Assembly (NCBI GenBank): GCA_964016885.1
Contig: OZ024749.1
Location: forward strand, 38,936,001-39,000,000
Reading direction: 5' to 3'
Source: Eledone cirrhosa
Taxonomy: Eukaryota
DNA: 64,000 bases
Part shown: positions 42,525 through 55,734 of the stretch, piece after piece
Position numbering within the stretch: position 1 is the stretch's first letter
How the letters are laid out: every line of letters starts with the position of its first letter
Program-made: the position numbers and the translations under genes
The notes under the pieces: generated by a model
Databases searched by the model: none
The model's input: only the letters and a program-made list of their open reading frames with translations
Told to the model about the DNA's origin: nothing

Positions 42525-42614
<90 letters not shown>

Positions 42615-42645
42615 GTTTATATATAAGGTAAACAGAAATAACTAC

Positions 42646-42828
<183 letters not shown>

Positions 42829-42829
42829 G

Positions 42830-42860
<31 letters not shown>

Positions 42861-42919
42861 GTATGTATGTATGTAAAAGGTAAACAGAAATAACTACACA
42901 ATACATATATATATATATG

Positions 42920-43040
<121 letters not shown>

Positions 43041-43541
43041 TTTCCTTCTAGAATTCTGCCTTGACAAAGGCTAAGGAAAACTCTGATATAAGACCAGCAA
43101 CTCTGATGGTATCCAATGATGTTCACTTGTTTTGCTTTTTGGTAAATATCATCTTGGTTAAGAGAGTGGGACTGACTTTGTGCAGTGCCTTTGCTCACTA
43201 TAAAAGCTTCACGGCACAGGCATTGCTTTATATCTGGAGATCTCTCTGCACTTGTCGTCACATGGTACCATGGGCCCAGCACTATGTGTCAATAATTGTC
43301 ACAAGTGTACTGTTTGTACCAGAGTTTTCAAGTCGCTGGCTGGATTAAAAAGTCACACTCGTTCAATGCATCGGTAGGGGTTCTCCTACATGGATATAAA
43401 GTAGTGGCCGTACTCGAAAACGAGTTGGCAGCTACCATGTATGTATTTATGTATGTAAAAGTTAAACAGAAATAACTACACATTCGGTACAGTATATGGA
43501 CGGAAAATATTAGGTTAACGCTTGAAATAGCAAGAACAGGG

Positions 43542-43577
43542 TCCTAACGTTTCGGACGCTAGTCCTTCATCAGAAGA
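43542..43577 (-). ncRNA. Minimal hammerhead H4
   Basis: UCUU-CUGAUGA-AGGACUAGCGUCC-GAAACGUU^AGGA. Confidence 0.7.
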
Positions 43578-43721
43578 AAGAATGAGAAATAGGATAGATT
43601 GAAGGGGCCGCTGGGTTGGAATTGGAAAAAAATGTCTTTAGATAAAAATAACAGGTCATTCATGTTGACATCCCTTGGAAAACTATTGATTTTGGCGTTT
43701 TGCGTATGATTTATTTTTTTA

Positions 43722-43764
<43 letters not shown>

Positions 43765-44407
43765 AAAGTTAAACAAGGTTCAATGAATACATCAAAGAAT
43801 GAGTTTTACAATAGATTGGAAGCACTCAACAGTGAGGTTTTCCAGAGTTATTAATATTAATTCAAAATATTAACAAAATAATTGATCACAAGAATATCTA
43901 TTTTGTTAATATTTTGAATTAATATATATATATATTAATATATATATATATATTCAATACTCTCATATATATATATATATATATTGTTATACTTTGGGAG
44001 GGTTATGTTGCCAACTGGAAACACACGCACCAGTTGCTTTCACTTCAATTTATTATATTAAATTTATAAATTTAGGAATTTATAAATTTCCGGTTGGTTG
44101 GTTGGTTTTCCGGTTGGTATATATATATATATATATATATATACCAAGCTTTAAGCTAATATATATTTATATATCTTGATTCTACTGTGTTTGCTTTGTT
44201 ATTTCTGTTTACTTTTTGCATACAAACACACACGCGCATGTACACACACACATACACACATACATACATACATACATACATACATACATACATACACACA
44301 CGCATACATACATACACGCACATACACGCACATACATACACACATACATACATACATACATACATACATACATACATACATACATACATACATACATACA
44401 TACATAC

Positions 44408-44910
44408 ACAGGAAGAATATATTGAGACAGATGGCACTAAGGAATACTGGTGGAACCTGAAAATAAAAACTGCCACCAGATTAAAGCACAACCGGCCTGA
44501 TATTGTAGTTTGGGACCACACATTGAAAACGTGTTCTGTTGTGGAGATCAGCTGCCCACTTGATGTAAACGTTGTCAGAAAAATACAGGAGAAGGAGGAC
44601 ATCTACGGACCATTGATGAGGAGTTTACAAATCCAGTATCCAAGATACACCTTTAGCTTCATACCCATCATTATTGGTGCTACGGGTTATATACCAACCC
44701 GCTTGGACCAAAGTATGACTGAACTTGGATTTGCGGACAAAAAGCGCAGCTCCCTAATTCATAGTCTACAAATGGCTGCGATAGCTGGCACCTTCAAAAT
44801 TTGCAAAACATTCTTGCGATTCAAGGGATGACAATTTCTTTTCTTTTACAACCTTGCCACCAGGAAGGTGGCCGGTCAAAAAAATATACTCAAAATTAAG
44901 AGAAAGAGAA
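44408..44910 (+). mobile_element. 5'-truncated R4/Dong-like non-LTR element: intact restriction-like endonuclease end and 3' UTR, inside (TACA)n
   Basis: YWWNLKIKT..RLKHNRPDIVVWD...CSVVEISCP.D.NV..K..EK...Y..L...IPIIIGATG...CKTFLRF*, a PD-(D/E)xK RLE with no stops. Confidence 0.85.
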
Positions 44911-45322
44911 AACACATACATACATACATACATACATACATACATACATACATACATACATACATACACACATACATACATACATACATGCATACATACA
45001 TACATACATACATACATACATACATACATACATACATACACGCACATACATACACACATACATACATACATACATACATACACACATACATACATACATA
45101 CATACATACATACACACATACACACATACACGCACATACACGCACATACATACATACATACATACATACATACATACATACACACATACATACATACATA
45201 CATACATACATACATACACGCACATACACGCACATACATACATACATACATACATACACGCACATACACGCACCTACATACATACATACATACATACATA
45301 CATACATACATACATACATACA

Positions 45323-45354
<32 letters not shown>

Positions 45355-45486
45355 CCAGTTGATATAATTGGTTTAATTCTGTGAGAATATTGTTGACATT
45401 GCAACAAAGAATAGACAAACAAAAAGAAGCACAAAACACTATGAAAATTATATTAATAGATGTAAAAAGAATGGTCAGTTTAAAAG

Positions 45487-45945
45487 GAATTGGCAGAATC
45501 GGTAGAGCGTCAGACGCCATGCTTTACAGCATAGAGTTATGGCCCTTTACGTTCAGAGTTCAAATCCCGCCCGGGTTAACTTTGCCTTTCATCCTTACGG
45601 GATCGATAAAATAAAGTACCAGTAATACACTGGGGTAATTGCTGGCCTTGTGCCAAAAGTAGAAACAATTATTGTTGCTATTGCTATAGTCTGAGTTCAA
45701 ATCCCGCCGAGGTTAACTTTGCCTTTCATCCTTACGGGATCGATAAAATAAAGTACCAGTAATACACTGGGGTTATTGCTGGCCTTGTGCCAAAAGTAGA
45801 AGCAATTATTGTTGCTATTGCTATAGTCTGAGTTCAAATCCCGCCGAGGTTAACTTTGCCTTTCATCCTTACGGGGTCGATAAAATAAAGTACCAGTAAT
45901 ACACTGGGGGTTATTGCTGGCCTTGTGCCAAAAGTAGAAGCAATT
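45487..45945 (+). mobile_element. SINE with tandem re-duplication (137-bp period)
   Basis: One SINE followed by two 5'-truncated copies, each preceded by the same flank ATTATTGTTGCTATTGCTATAGT. Confidence 0.85.
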
Positions 45946-46141
45946 ATTACTAAAAAGATATTCTATGTGAGTTGGGGTGAATAGGTTCGACTGTATTCAT
46001 TTGTCACTGTTTCCGGACGAGAATCGTTGAAGAATGTTGATATAATATACAGCTACACAAGTCGATTCAACCGTCAATCTGTAAGACCACCACTTCAACC
46101 ACCACCACCACCACCACCACTACCACCACACACACACACAC

Positions 46142-46249
<108 letters not shown>

Positions 46250-46281
46250 AATTAGAAGGTGAACAACAATAAATAATTACT

Positions 46282-46346
46282 CCATTACCAAAGGTTTCTG
46301 AACCCTAGGCAATATTAACATACGTCTAGGATCGTTCATCAGACAG
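46282..46346 (-). ncRNA. Hammerhead H5 (canonical core)
   Basis: CUGU-CUGAUGA-[AUCCUAGAC../..GCCUAGGGU]-GAAA-CC-UUU-GG-UA^AUGG. Confidence 0.7.
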
Positions 46347-46507
46347 GGAGGTTCTATACATAGGGCACTCTTTTTCCTTTGCTTTTTCTTTGGAAATACT
46401 TAACATACACACACACACACACGCACGCACACACACACACACACACACACATACATCCACCCATACACACACACACATACACATACACACATACACCCAT
46501 ACACACC

Positions 46508-46580
<73 letters not shown>

Positions 46581-46597
46581 CCATACACACACACACG

Positions 46598-46650
<53 letters not shown>

Positions 46651-46690
46651 TTCAAAATATTAACAAAATAGATATTCTTGTGATTAAGTA

Positions 46691-46757
46691 TATTTTATTA
46701 TACATATTTCAGAGGTACTGAGTTAAGTTCAACAGTGGGTCCTCATCAGATAAAATA
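46691..46757 (-). ncRNA. Hammerhead, H7-related
   Basis: UAUUUUAU-CUGAUGA-[..ACUG/CAGU..]-GAAA-UAUGUA-UA^AUAAAAUA; 8-bp helix I. Confidence 0.7.
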
Positions 46758-46972
46758 AGATGATGCATGACATACCCTGACATAGTAGATGGTTAAGATT
46801 CAGTCATGGTAGTGACTCCTTATTATATATATATATATTATATATAGTTCTATTTAAAATTGTTGGGATACAACATGTAAATATTTTTATAACTGATATA
46901 AAGCACTCGACAAGCATTTGGAGTAGATATACGATATTAATAAATGGAAACTATATTTATAAAACCATATTT

Positions 46973-47035
46973 ATTTCATTATACATATTTCAGGGATACC
47001 AAATTAAATTATGGTATGCCTTCATCAGACAAAAT
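46973..47035 (-). ncRNA. Hammerhead H7
   Basis: AUUUUGU-CUGAUGA-AGG.AUACCA/UGGUAU.CCU-GAAA-UAUGUA-UA^AUGAAAU. Confidence 0.75.
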
Positions 47036-47163
47036 ACAATATATAACAGTTTTACAAATAAGCTTTGACGTACCCTTTTAAAATATCCGGATGGCTTCCA
47101 AAAACAATGGTTGCATTTTAAAAGGGTACGTCAAAGCTTATTTGTAAAACTGTTATATATTGT

Positions 47164-47226
47164 ATTTTGTCTGATGAAGGCATACCATAATTTAATTTGG
47201 TATCCCTGAAATATGTATAATGAAAT
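47164..47226 (+). ncRNA. Hammerhead H7, inverted copy
   Basis: Arm of the ~155-bp inverted repeat 46928-47084 / 47115-47270. Confidence 0.75.
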
Positions 47227-47266
47227 AAATATGGTTTTATAAATATAGTTTCCATTTATTAATATC

Positions 47267-47360
<94 letters not shown>

Positions 47361-47725
47361 GTTTCTACTTTAGGCACAAGGCCAGCAATTACCCAGTACA
47401 TTACTGGTACTTTATTTTATCGACCCCGTAAGGATGAAAGGCAAAGTATATATATATATATAATAAGGAGTTGACGGACCCAGCATATTTATCAATGCCA
47501 AGACCGGTTGTATCTCAGCGTACTCTATGGGAAATGTAAGATACATTCCCAGAGTATACACATAGTTATTTGCTTCAATGCAACACACGTAAAACGGGTG
47601 CCTATAATGGTTCTCGGACTCGAGTTTCGGCCGCACTTATTGCCGCAGTAAGGTGCACATACATATATATATGTAAAAGGGAAACAGACATAACAACACA
47701 ATCGGTACAGTATAAGGATATATGC

Positions 47726-47863
<138 letters not shown>

Positions 47864-48028
47864 TATAATATATAGGTATATACATAGATATACGTGTGTG
47901 TGTGTTTACAGATATCAGACATTGTCAAAAACAATACGGTCACTGTTTGTGAAGCAGTTTACACTGACTAACAGAAAACTGTTCCAAATTAACCTTTTTA
48001 TGTTCTGACGCACCTCAAATACTCATCC

Positions 48029-48119
<91 letters not shown>

Positions 48120-48205
48120 CATACATATATATATATAACACATACATATATATATAACACATATATATATATATGTGTGTGTATATATGTATATATATAT
48201 ATATT

Positions 48206-48269
<64 letters not shown>

Positions 48270-48390
48270 TCAGTATGTGTGTGTGTGTGTATAGTGTATA
48301 TATGTAAAAGGCAAACAGAAATAACAACACAATCGGTACAGTATATGGAAGGAATATATTAGGTTAACGCTTGAAATAGCAAGAAGAGGG

Positions 48391-48426
48391 TATTAACGTT
48401 TCGGACGCTAGTCCTTCATCAGAAGA
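48391..48426 (-). ncRNA. Minimal hammerhead H4
   Basis: CUGAUGA-AGGACUAGCGUCC-GAAACGUU in an H4 module (48303-48510). Confidence 0.65.
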
Positions 48427-48623
48427 AATAATGAGAAATAAGATAGATTGAGGGGACGGCCGGGTTGGAATTGGAAAAAATGTCTTTAGATAAAAATAAT
48501 AGGTCTATTCATATATATAACATAAAACAAATATATATATACACACACATATATACATACACACACCACACACATATATATATGTATATATATATATATG
48601 ATAAAATGGGGAGAAAAAATGGG

Positions 48624-48675
<52 letters not shown>

Positions 48676-48678
<3 letters not shown>

Positions 48679-48824
48679 AGTGCATTACTGGTACTTTATT
48701 TTATCGATCCCGTAAGGATGAGAGGTAAAGTTAACCTCGGCGGAATTTGAACTCAAAATGGCAAGGGCCGTAACTCTATGCGTCAAAGCATGGAGTCCGA
48801 CCCTCTACCGATATTGCCAATCAC
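48676..48824 (-). mobile_element. SINE (3'-truncated)
   Basis: Reverse-complement head, B-box and core. Confidence 0.8.
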
Positions 48825-48841
48825 CTGTTGTGTTCAGGTGG

Positions 48842-49740
48842 TTATGGTTTGTCCATGGTTCCTGTCCGAATACCAAGGGGTAGAATGCATGTTTCCTTGG
48901 TGTGTCTGCAGTTTATTATGATTTCCGATCTCAAATTAATGGCCGATTTTAATTTAATGATCTCGGCCGATTCAGCTAGGCACAACCTGCATTGGCTTCC
49001 CCCAGTGGGAAGTTGGGCCACACGACTCCTAACGAACCATTTGTTCTGGGATTTCAGGTTCTTATGCTTGAGGTACCAGATCAAATCTGCCAGTCTGGTT
49101 TGGGAGCGTTTAAGTCTGTAGTAGAAGGAGCTTCTGTGATTGTAAAGTCGCTTCTTAAATATTGTAGAGGTTGCACCTATATAGGTGTATTCATTTCGGC
49201 CGCCGTGACATCTCACTGGTACACAATGTTCCTGATAAGGCACTCCCCGCTCAGTGGGCATTCCTCCGGCTTTTTGCAGTTGCACCTGTGGACATTGTTG
49301 TTATGTTGCTGGTTGGTCAGATTTTGGTTGGTGTTAGCATGTTGTTGAGCATTTTTGCGTATTATCTGTGTGGTGTTATTTTGCGCTGTGTTGGTGGTTG
49401 CTTGGGGTGTTTGCTTGTGTTTGCGTATTTTGGTCCTATTAGTGTATGCTATGGTGTCGGCTAAAATGAGTGTTGTGGAGAATAAGAATTTAACTCTTTG
49501 TCTGTTAAAGAGCTTGTGGTATTTATGTGTGGGTGGAAAGGATTGGTGAAGGGCCCTGAAGAATGTTCCTGGTACATTGGTAGCAACGCAACGTGTATCG
49601 AGTACCATGTTACGGATCTGTTTCAGGTTTTACGACGTTTATTGCAGTTGTTGGGGTTTGGTGTGTTTGTGGGTGTTTTGTGGTCAGCCGTATTTGTCTT
49701 GAGTGCTCGGGTTTGGTTTGTACCAATTAATCATTGGTCC
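48842..49740 (-). pseudogene. Penelope-like element, Naiad-type linker plus GIY-YIG endonuclease
   Basis: TNV...F...L...FP..HKYHKLFNR..VK, CNC.K..ECPL.GECL..NIVYQ, YIGAT...FKKR..NH.SSF, L..LIW.LK, CRLCLAE, INLRSE...CRH. Contains frameshifts and stops. Confidence 0.85.
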
Positions 49741-49859
49741 TTATCAAAACGTATATATATATTTACATATATTTATACCAATGCACCCGGATACCTAATT
49801 ATTTTTTACGTATATTTTCTTTACATATGCCACAAATGTATATATATATACATACATAC

Positions 49860-49929
<70 letters not shown>

Positions 49930-49968
49930 TGATTTGAACACAACTTTGATTCATGTAATTTCTCTCTC

Positions 49969-50127
<159 letters not shown>

Positions 50128-50640
50128 AAAGGAAGAGAAAGAGACAAAGAATAGGCTATAGAGAGATAAAGTCCATTCATTCATCGAATGAAGAATAGGT
50201 TATATTTTATTCACTCGTAACTCGTATATACTACATTCAAACTTCTCACATACACATACACCCACACAGTCACTCACATGTACAGATACATTCACACACA
50301 AACAGACGCATCTATATGTAAATCTTATAGATAAACATACTGTTAGATACAAACAAACACACACAGCGACAGAGCCCTATTGTAAACATGCATGAAAGGG
50401 ACACCGTAATTACAAACTATTCATATACACCCGCTTACATAAGTAGTTCAAAAATATTTTTGTAGACGTTTCAAATTTTATCTAATTATATATAAATATA
50501 TACATGTACATATGTATGTATTTATGTATATGTATATATATATATATATATAATATATAACATACATGTATATATATATATATATGTGTGTGTGTGTTTG
50601 TATGTAAGTATATATGTATGTATATATGTATGTATGTATG

Positions 50641-50683
<43 letters not shown>

Positions 50684-50689
50684 CATACG

Positions 50690-50746
<57 letters not shown>

Positions 50747-51140
50747 ATATGTATCGTAGACCAGACCCCTTCTTCTTCTTCTTCTTCTTCTTTTTCTCTC
50801 CCCCCCCCCCCGTTAGACCTGTGCGAAATTCCTTCCTTGCTCACATTTCAACCAGGTTTGATGGTCTTTTGTCTCTTGTTCACGATTTCACGAGTTTATA
50901 TTCATAGAGATCTGGGACTTGTCTATTTCTTCTCACTTTCCGTTGCTTAAACCATTTTGTTTGTTACCCTAACGTCCCCTTTATTTACGTGTCCCAACGA
51001 CTTTTTTTAGCCGTTGTTCGCACCAACCTGAGGCATATGGCCCTTAAAGCGATGAAATGCCTGGGACGGTTGGAGGGTCACTGATGAAGGACTTACTTTT
51101 TCATATGCACCACCATTTGCAACGCGCAGCCATCATTATT

Positions 51141-51186
<46 letters not shown>

Positions 51187-51783
51187 TAGCAGAAAGTGTA
51201 CACAGATAAACAATTGCATTGAATGAGCAGACAACAGTACAGTATCTCTTCAGCCACCATCTGGTGTGCAATTTTGTGCGATAGATATACCCTTAGATAA
51301 TCGGAGGAAAATTGTAAAATTGTTTGGTCACTCGATTATAATGTTAATCAAGCAGCTAACCCTATGATCCCGTAACACCAAATAATCAGGTTTCAGAACC
51401 TGATGTAAACTACGTCAGTGTTTCTGGATTAACCGTGTTGCTGTAGATACATTCCATACCCACGTGACACCTTCCTGCTTGAAGCAACGTCAAGACCAAA
51501 GGACAAAGAAAAGCATGGAGTAATATTCATAATATTTAATAGAAGTTAAGGACCGAAACACTTGCTTGAGGGGGGTTTCTTCTCAGAAGAGCTTCTGCTG
51601 TCCAACTCTTCTGAGAGTGTCTTATCACTATGACGTCACAATAGAAAATTCTAAGAAATAAAGAAATATTTTACAATATTTTATTAGTGCAATATTTGCT
51701 GTGTTTGTGTGAGTTTCGTTGTCAACTGTTTAGAGTTAGATTATTTTAACGTCATAATTGAAATAGATATTGTTACTTTTGAA

Positions 51784-52239
51784 ATGTCTATAAAAGGTGT
51801 AAACAGTAGCTTTACCTTAAGAGCACTGATTGAAAGGGCCAGGAAATTTCTTGAGGAAATTATTCCATGTATACGGAGCCCAGTATGTATCACTCAGTCA
51901 GTTACAGATGTTGATCCACTCATTAATGAGGTGGTTCAGCCAGATCAGCTTCTTCTCTCGCTAAATAACGATGTTACACCAACTACAGACGATGTTACAA
52001 CATCTGCAGTCTATGTTACACCGGACAGTAGAGATGAGACACCGCCCAGTTCCGATGACGATGAGACATTATCCAGTTTTGATGACACACCACCCAGTTC
52101 TGATGGGACACTACACACTGAAAATATAGATATCGATGTTGCTCCTCAAATAAGTTCGATGATCAGTCAGATTGATTTGCTGCTTGGACAAGTAGAGATG
52201 AGCATAACTGATATAAAGGAGTTGATTGAACAGAAATAG
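51784..52239 (+). CDS. Possible orphan ORF (151 aa, acidic D/T/S-rich middle, amphipathic C-terminus)
   Basis: Uninterrupted ATG-initiated ORF in non-microsatellite sequence; no recognised domain. Confidence 0.3.
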   Translation: MSIKGVNSSFTLRALIERARKFLEEIIPCIRSPVCITQSVTDVDPLINEVVQPDQLLLSLNNDVTPTTDDVTTSAVYVTPDSRDETPPSSDDDETLSSFDDTPPSSDGTLHTENIDIDVAPQISSMISQIDLLLGQVEMSITDIKELIEQK

Positions 52240-52430
52240 ACCAGTTTAATCCAGAACCAGTTGCATTTTTGGACAGGTATAAACCAGTTTAATCCAGAAA
52301 AGTTGCATGCTTGGACAGGTATAAACTAATTTAATCCAGAATCAGACGTATTCTGGGTCAGGTATAGACCAGTTTAATCCAGAACCAGTTGTATGCTGAC
52401 AGAGAAATGAACCAGTTTAATCCAGATAAC
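52239..52430. repeat. Five diverged ~40-bp repeats (ACCAGTTTAATCCAGAA...)
   Basis: Motif recurs near 52240, 52283, 52324, 52368 and 52411. Confidence 0.75.
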
Positions 52431-53180
52431 GTTGTAAGCCCTAGATGAACCATTGACTATGATTCTTGCTGGCCCTTAGTGTCCTTGAGCAAGACACTTT
52501 ATTTACATCTGGAAAAAATTAGTTGTACCTGTAATTCAAAGGACCATACTGTATCATGCCAAATCTCCCTGAGAATTGTGTTAAAGGTGCACGTTTCTTT
52601 GGAATATTTCCGCACTTGTACGTAAGTTTCACGACCAGACTGTTCCCTAGATGAAACACCTGAGACACTCATCGTCGAAACTGACGGAGGGCTAACACAC
52701 ACAAACACATACACACACACACAGACAGACACGCAGACACACACACACACACAGACACACACACACACAGAGACACACACACACACGCACGAACACGCAT
52801 GCACGCGCGCGCACACACTCACAGACTAAATTTGTAAAGGAAGTAACTCTTTTACACAGTTAATTAAAGTAAACTTCGGTTGTTTCCCTTGAAAATTAAA
52901 AACCAACGAAATTAAACAATTTTTCGAAATTAAACAATTTTTCATAATTTTATGTAAAATCTTTTTTCTTATCGATTGGGACTGCAATGGAATTTATGAG
53001 TAAAGTATTAAGAATGCAATTAAAATTACTATCTGAGGCAGAAGAACCTGTGAATCGGACGTATTTGCGCGGAAATTGCAGCATTTTATTATAAATAATA
53101 AATATATTTTAATCAAATTTAATGAGAATTAAAAAAATCTAATGCTGTTTATCGTACAATAGAAAAGACCCCACCCCACC

Positions 53181-53228
<48 letters not shown>

Positions 53229-53414
53229 TAGTCCATCGACTTTCGTCAAATCGGACCGAGGAAACAGGGTTTCCGTTGGTCTTTCCAATTGCTAATACTG
53301 TCTATCGGTCGCAACTCCAGGTAGAAGGAGCCACATGAAATAAAGTGTCTTGCTCAAGGACATAACGCATCGCCCGGTCGGGGAATCGAAATCACAACCT
53401 CACGACCATGCGCC

Positions 53415-53451
<37 letters not shown>

Positions 53452-53529
53452 TATACGTGTGTGTTTGTATATATATATATATATATTATACGTGTGTGTT
53501 TGTATATATGTATGTAGTTCTTGTTACGA

Positions 53530-54150
53530 CATCAAGCTAACCGTTCCCTCAAACTACACAGCAGATATCGCTGTGCATCTTGAAAACGGGTCCCAACCCA
53601 GTTGCCATAAGGACTGCCACCAGGTAATGTTGGTCGATCCTATCGAGAGCTTTCAATAAATCTAAATTGATCAGGGTTTCATCCGTGCCAGGTTCCTTAG
53701 CCATCCTCTCTATGATATATCGCATAAGATGGCAGTTGTTATACACGGATCTGTCCGGAATGACACATACCTGCGCCTACCCCACTAGACCACCAATGAC
53801 AAGCGCCAACCTCGTAGCTAACATCTTGGCCAAAATCTCGAACTCTGCATTTAGCAGATTTATGAGCCTAAAATTATCAGTATGGTTCTCCTTGATCCGG
53901 TCCTTTCCCTCAGACCTGGGATACCTCCCGTTTTGCTGCCAGCTGCTGAGACATCTGCCAAGAGGTCACTGCAATCAGCCTTTCTCAAAACTCAGCTTCT
54001 GTCACTGAGAGTGCAGGAAACCGTCAAGGTAAGCACTAAAGTTCATCTCGCGACCCGGGCCACCACGGCTCCCGAACATTTGAGCGATATGCCATTGAAA
54101 AACCGCACACATTTGCTTGGGATTAAAATTAAAGTTCAAATGTTTGGACT
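53530..54150 (-). pseudogene. L1/Tx1-type LINE RT N-terminal fragment
   Basis: Minus frames: LNAEFEILAKMLATRL..V...LV...Q.C.IP.R...NN.HL.R.IIE...LINLD..KA.DRI...YL..VL...G.GP.F. Confidence 0.75.
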
Positions 54151-54524
54151 GAAGGCCTAAATATTAAGGGGGTCTTCCTTTTTGAGGACAAAGACCTATG
54201 TCTTACGTCCCCCTTTGAAGCAAAAATAATCTAACAAATATTAGTTTAAACAATTTTAAACAACAAACCTTTCACAAGTCAGTCACCAATAATAATAAAC
54301 AACCTTTTAAGATCAATAGTCTATAAAAAATTTAAGATTTAGAAAGGTAAATCTGTAAACTATGGATGTATTTGTTACAGTGTCCTAGAAATTAATGCAG
54401 TTTCTTGACATGGAAATATATAAATAAAGTAACTGGTAGTACAATTAAAATTCGTTTCAGCTTGCAATAAAAAAATATTTTCAAGGGACACAACTCTCCC
54501 TTTGTTACAGATTTCAGTTAACAA

Positions 54525-54830
54525 TCTGAGATGTGACGTGTTGTGACTCGGTCTCTGCCTCCAACCTTGTCGCTTCGTTCGCAAATCCGGGAACCATCGC
54601 CCACAATGCAGATGAGAGGAAAATAAACATATACCAGAGCTTGACTGACCGCTTCCTTTTCGTACGGCTCACCGTTGAGACCTCTGGTGTCCTTGGTCCC
54701 CGCACTGCCGACAGTTCAAATATTTGGACTGAAGGCTTGAGGAAGGAGCCCAGTTAGGCGAGCTGACTGTTGCACACCGTGTTGCTTGTTATTCTACGTG
54801 ACAATCCCTTTGCCATACTGTCTGTGGGGT
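54525..54830 (+). pseudogene. CRE-like non-LTR restriction-like endonuclease fragment
   Basis: DVTC.DS.S.SN....F..PG..A..A..RK...Y..L...F.F....VETSGVLG. Confidence 0.6.
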
Positions 54831-55101
54831 ACGGCCGAATCACAGCTCAGTTTGGGAGCAGCGTCTGCTCCTCTCTTTCCTTCGTTGCTTATTTCTCTTT
54901 TTCCTTTTCCTCTTTCCCTTTCCCACTTTTTTTTTTTTTTGTTTCATTCAAATATTACATTTTTAATTGTAAATATATTATATTTAACTAAGGAAGTAGG
55001 ATTTTGTAAACATGGGTTACTTCCCATGCATAAGTCTTTTAAGGTGCGTAATATATATATATATATATATATATATATTTCTATTTATTTGCCACCAGGG
55101 C

Positions 55102-55155
<54 letters not shown>

Positions 55156-55204
55156 ACACATACACACACGCACACACACACACACACCACACGCACACAC
55201 ATTA

Positions 55205-55254
<50 letters not shown>

Positions 55255-55279
55255 TTGTGTTTGTTTGTGTTTGTTCGTG

Positions 55280-55317
<38 letters not shown>

Positions 55318-55439
55318 CACAAACAAACACACATATATATATATATATATATGTGTGTGTATATATAATTAAGGATGATTTGCTGAAGAGGATTGGGGAA
55401 TAACCCTTTGTCCCTAGATAAGAGGAAGATGTTTCATCT

Positions 55440-55734
55440 GGGAAACATCCTGGTTGCTATGGTAAATGCGAGGGTCACTTCTTCCATACTCGAATGGAAT
55501 AAAATCCTAAAATACCAGAAATTATCAACTAACTATTTTTTCCAACCTATGGAATTTGAGACATTTGGTGGTCTTGGGTCACTGACAGCAAAGTTCTTGT
55601 CATCGTTAGTGACTCACCTTACCGCGGTGTCAAGTGATGCCCACAAGGGTGCTTGGTTGTTTCAGCGCCTTAGCCTCGCCATCAGCCAGAGTAATGCTGC
55701 GAGTATGTTGGATTGCCTCAAAAATTTCCAGTGA
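55440..55734 (+). pseudogene. CRE-like non-LTR endonuclease C-terminus
   Basis: K..KYQ.L...YFFQP..FETFGGLG..TAKFL..L......GAWLFQRLSLAI...NAASML. Confidence 0.7.

Noticed and set aside
51080-51105. CTGATGAAGGAC core start
   Set aside because: No helix II partner or GAAA downstream.
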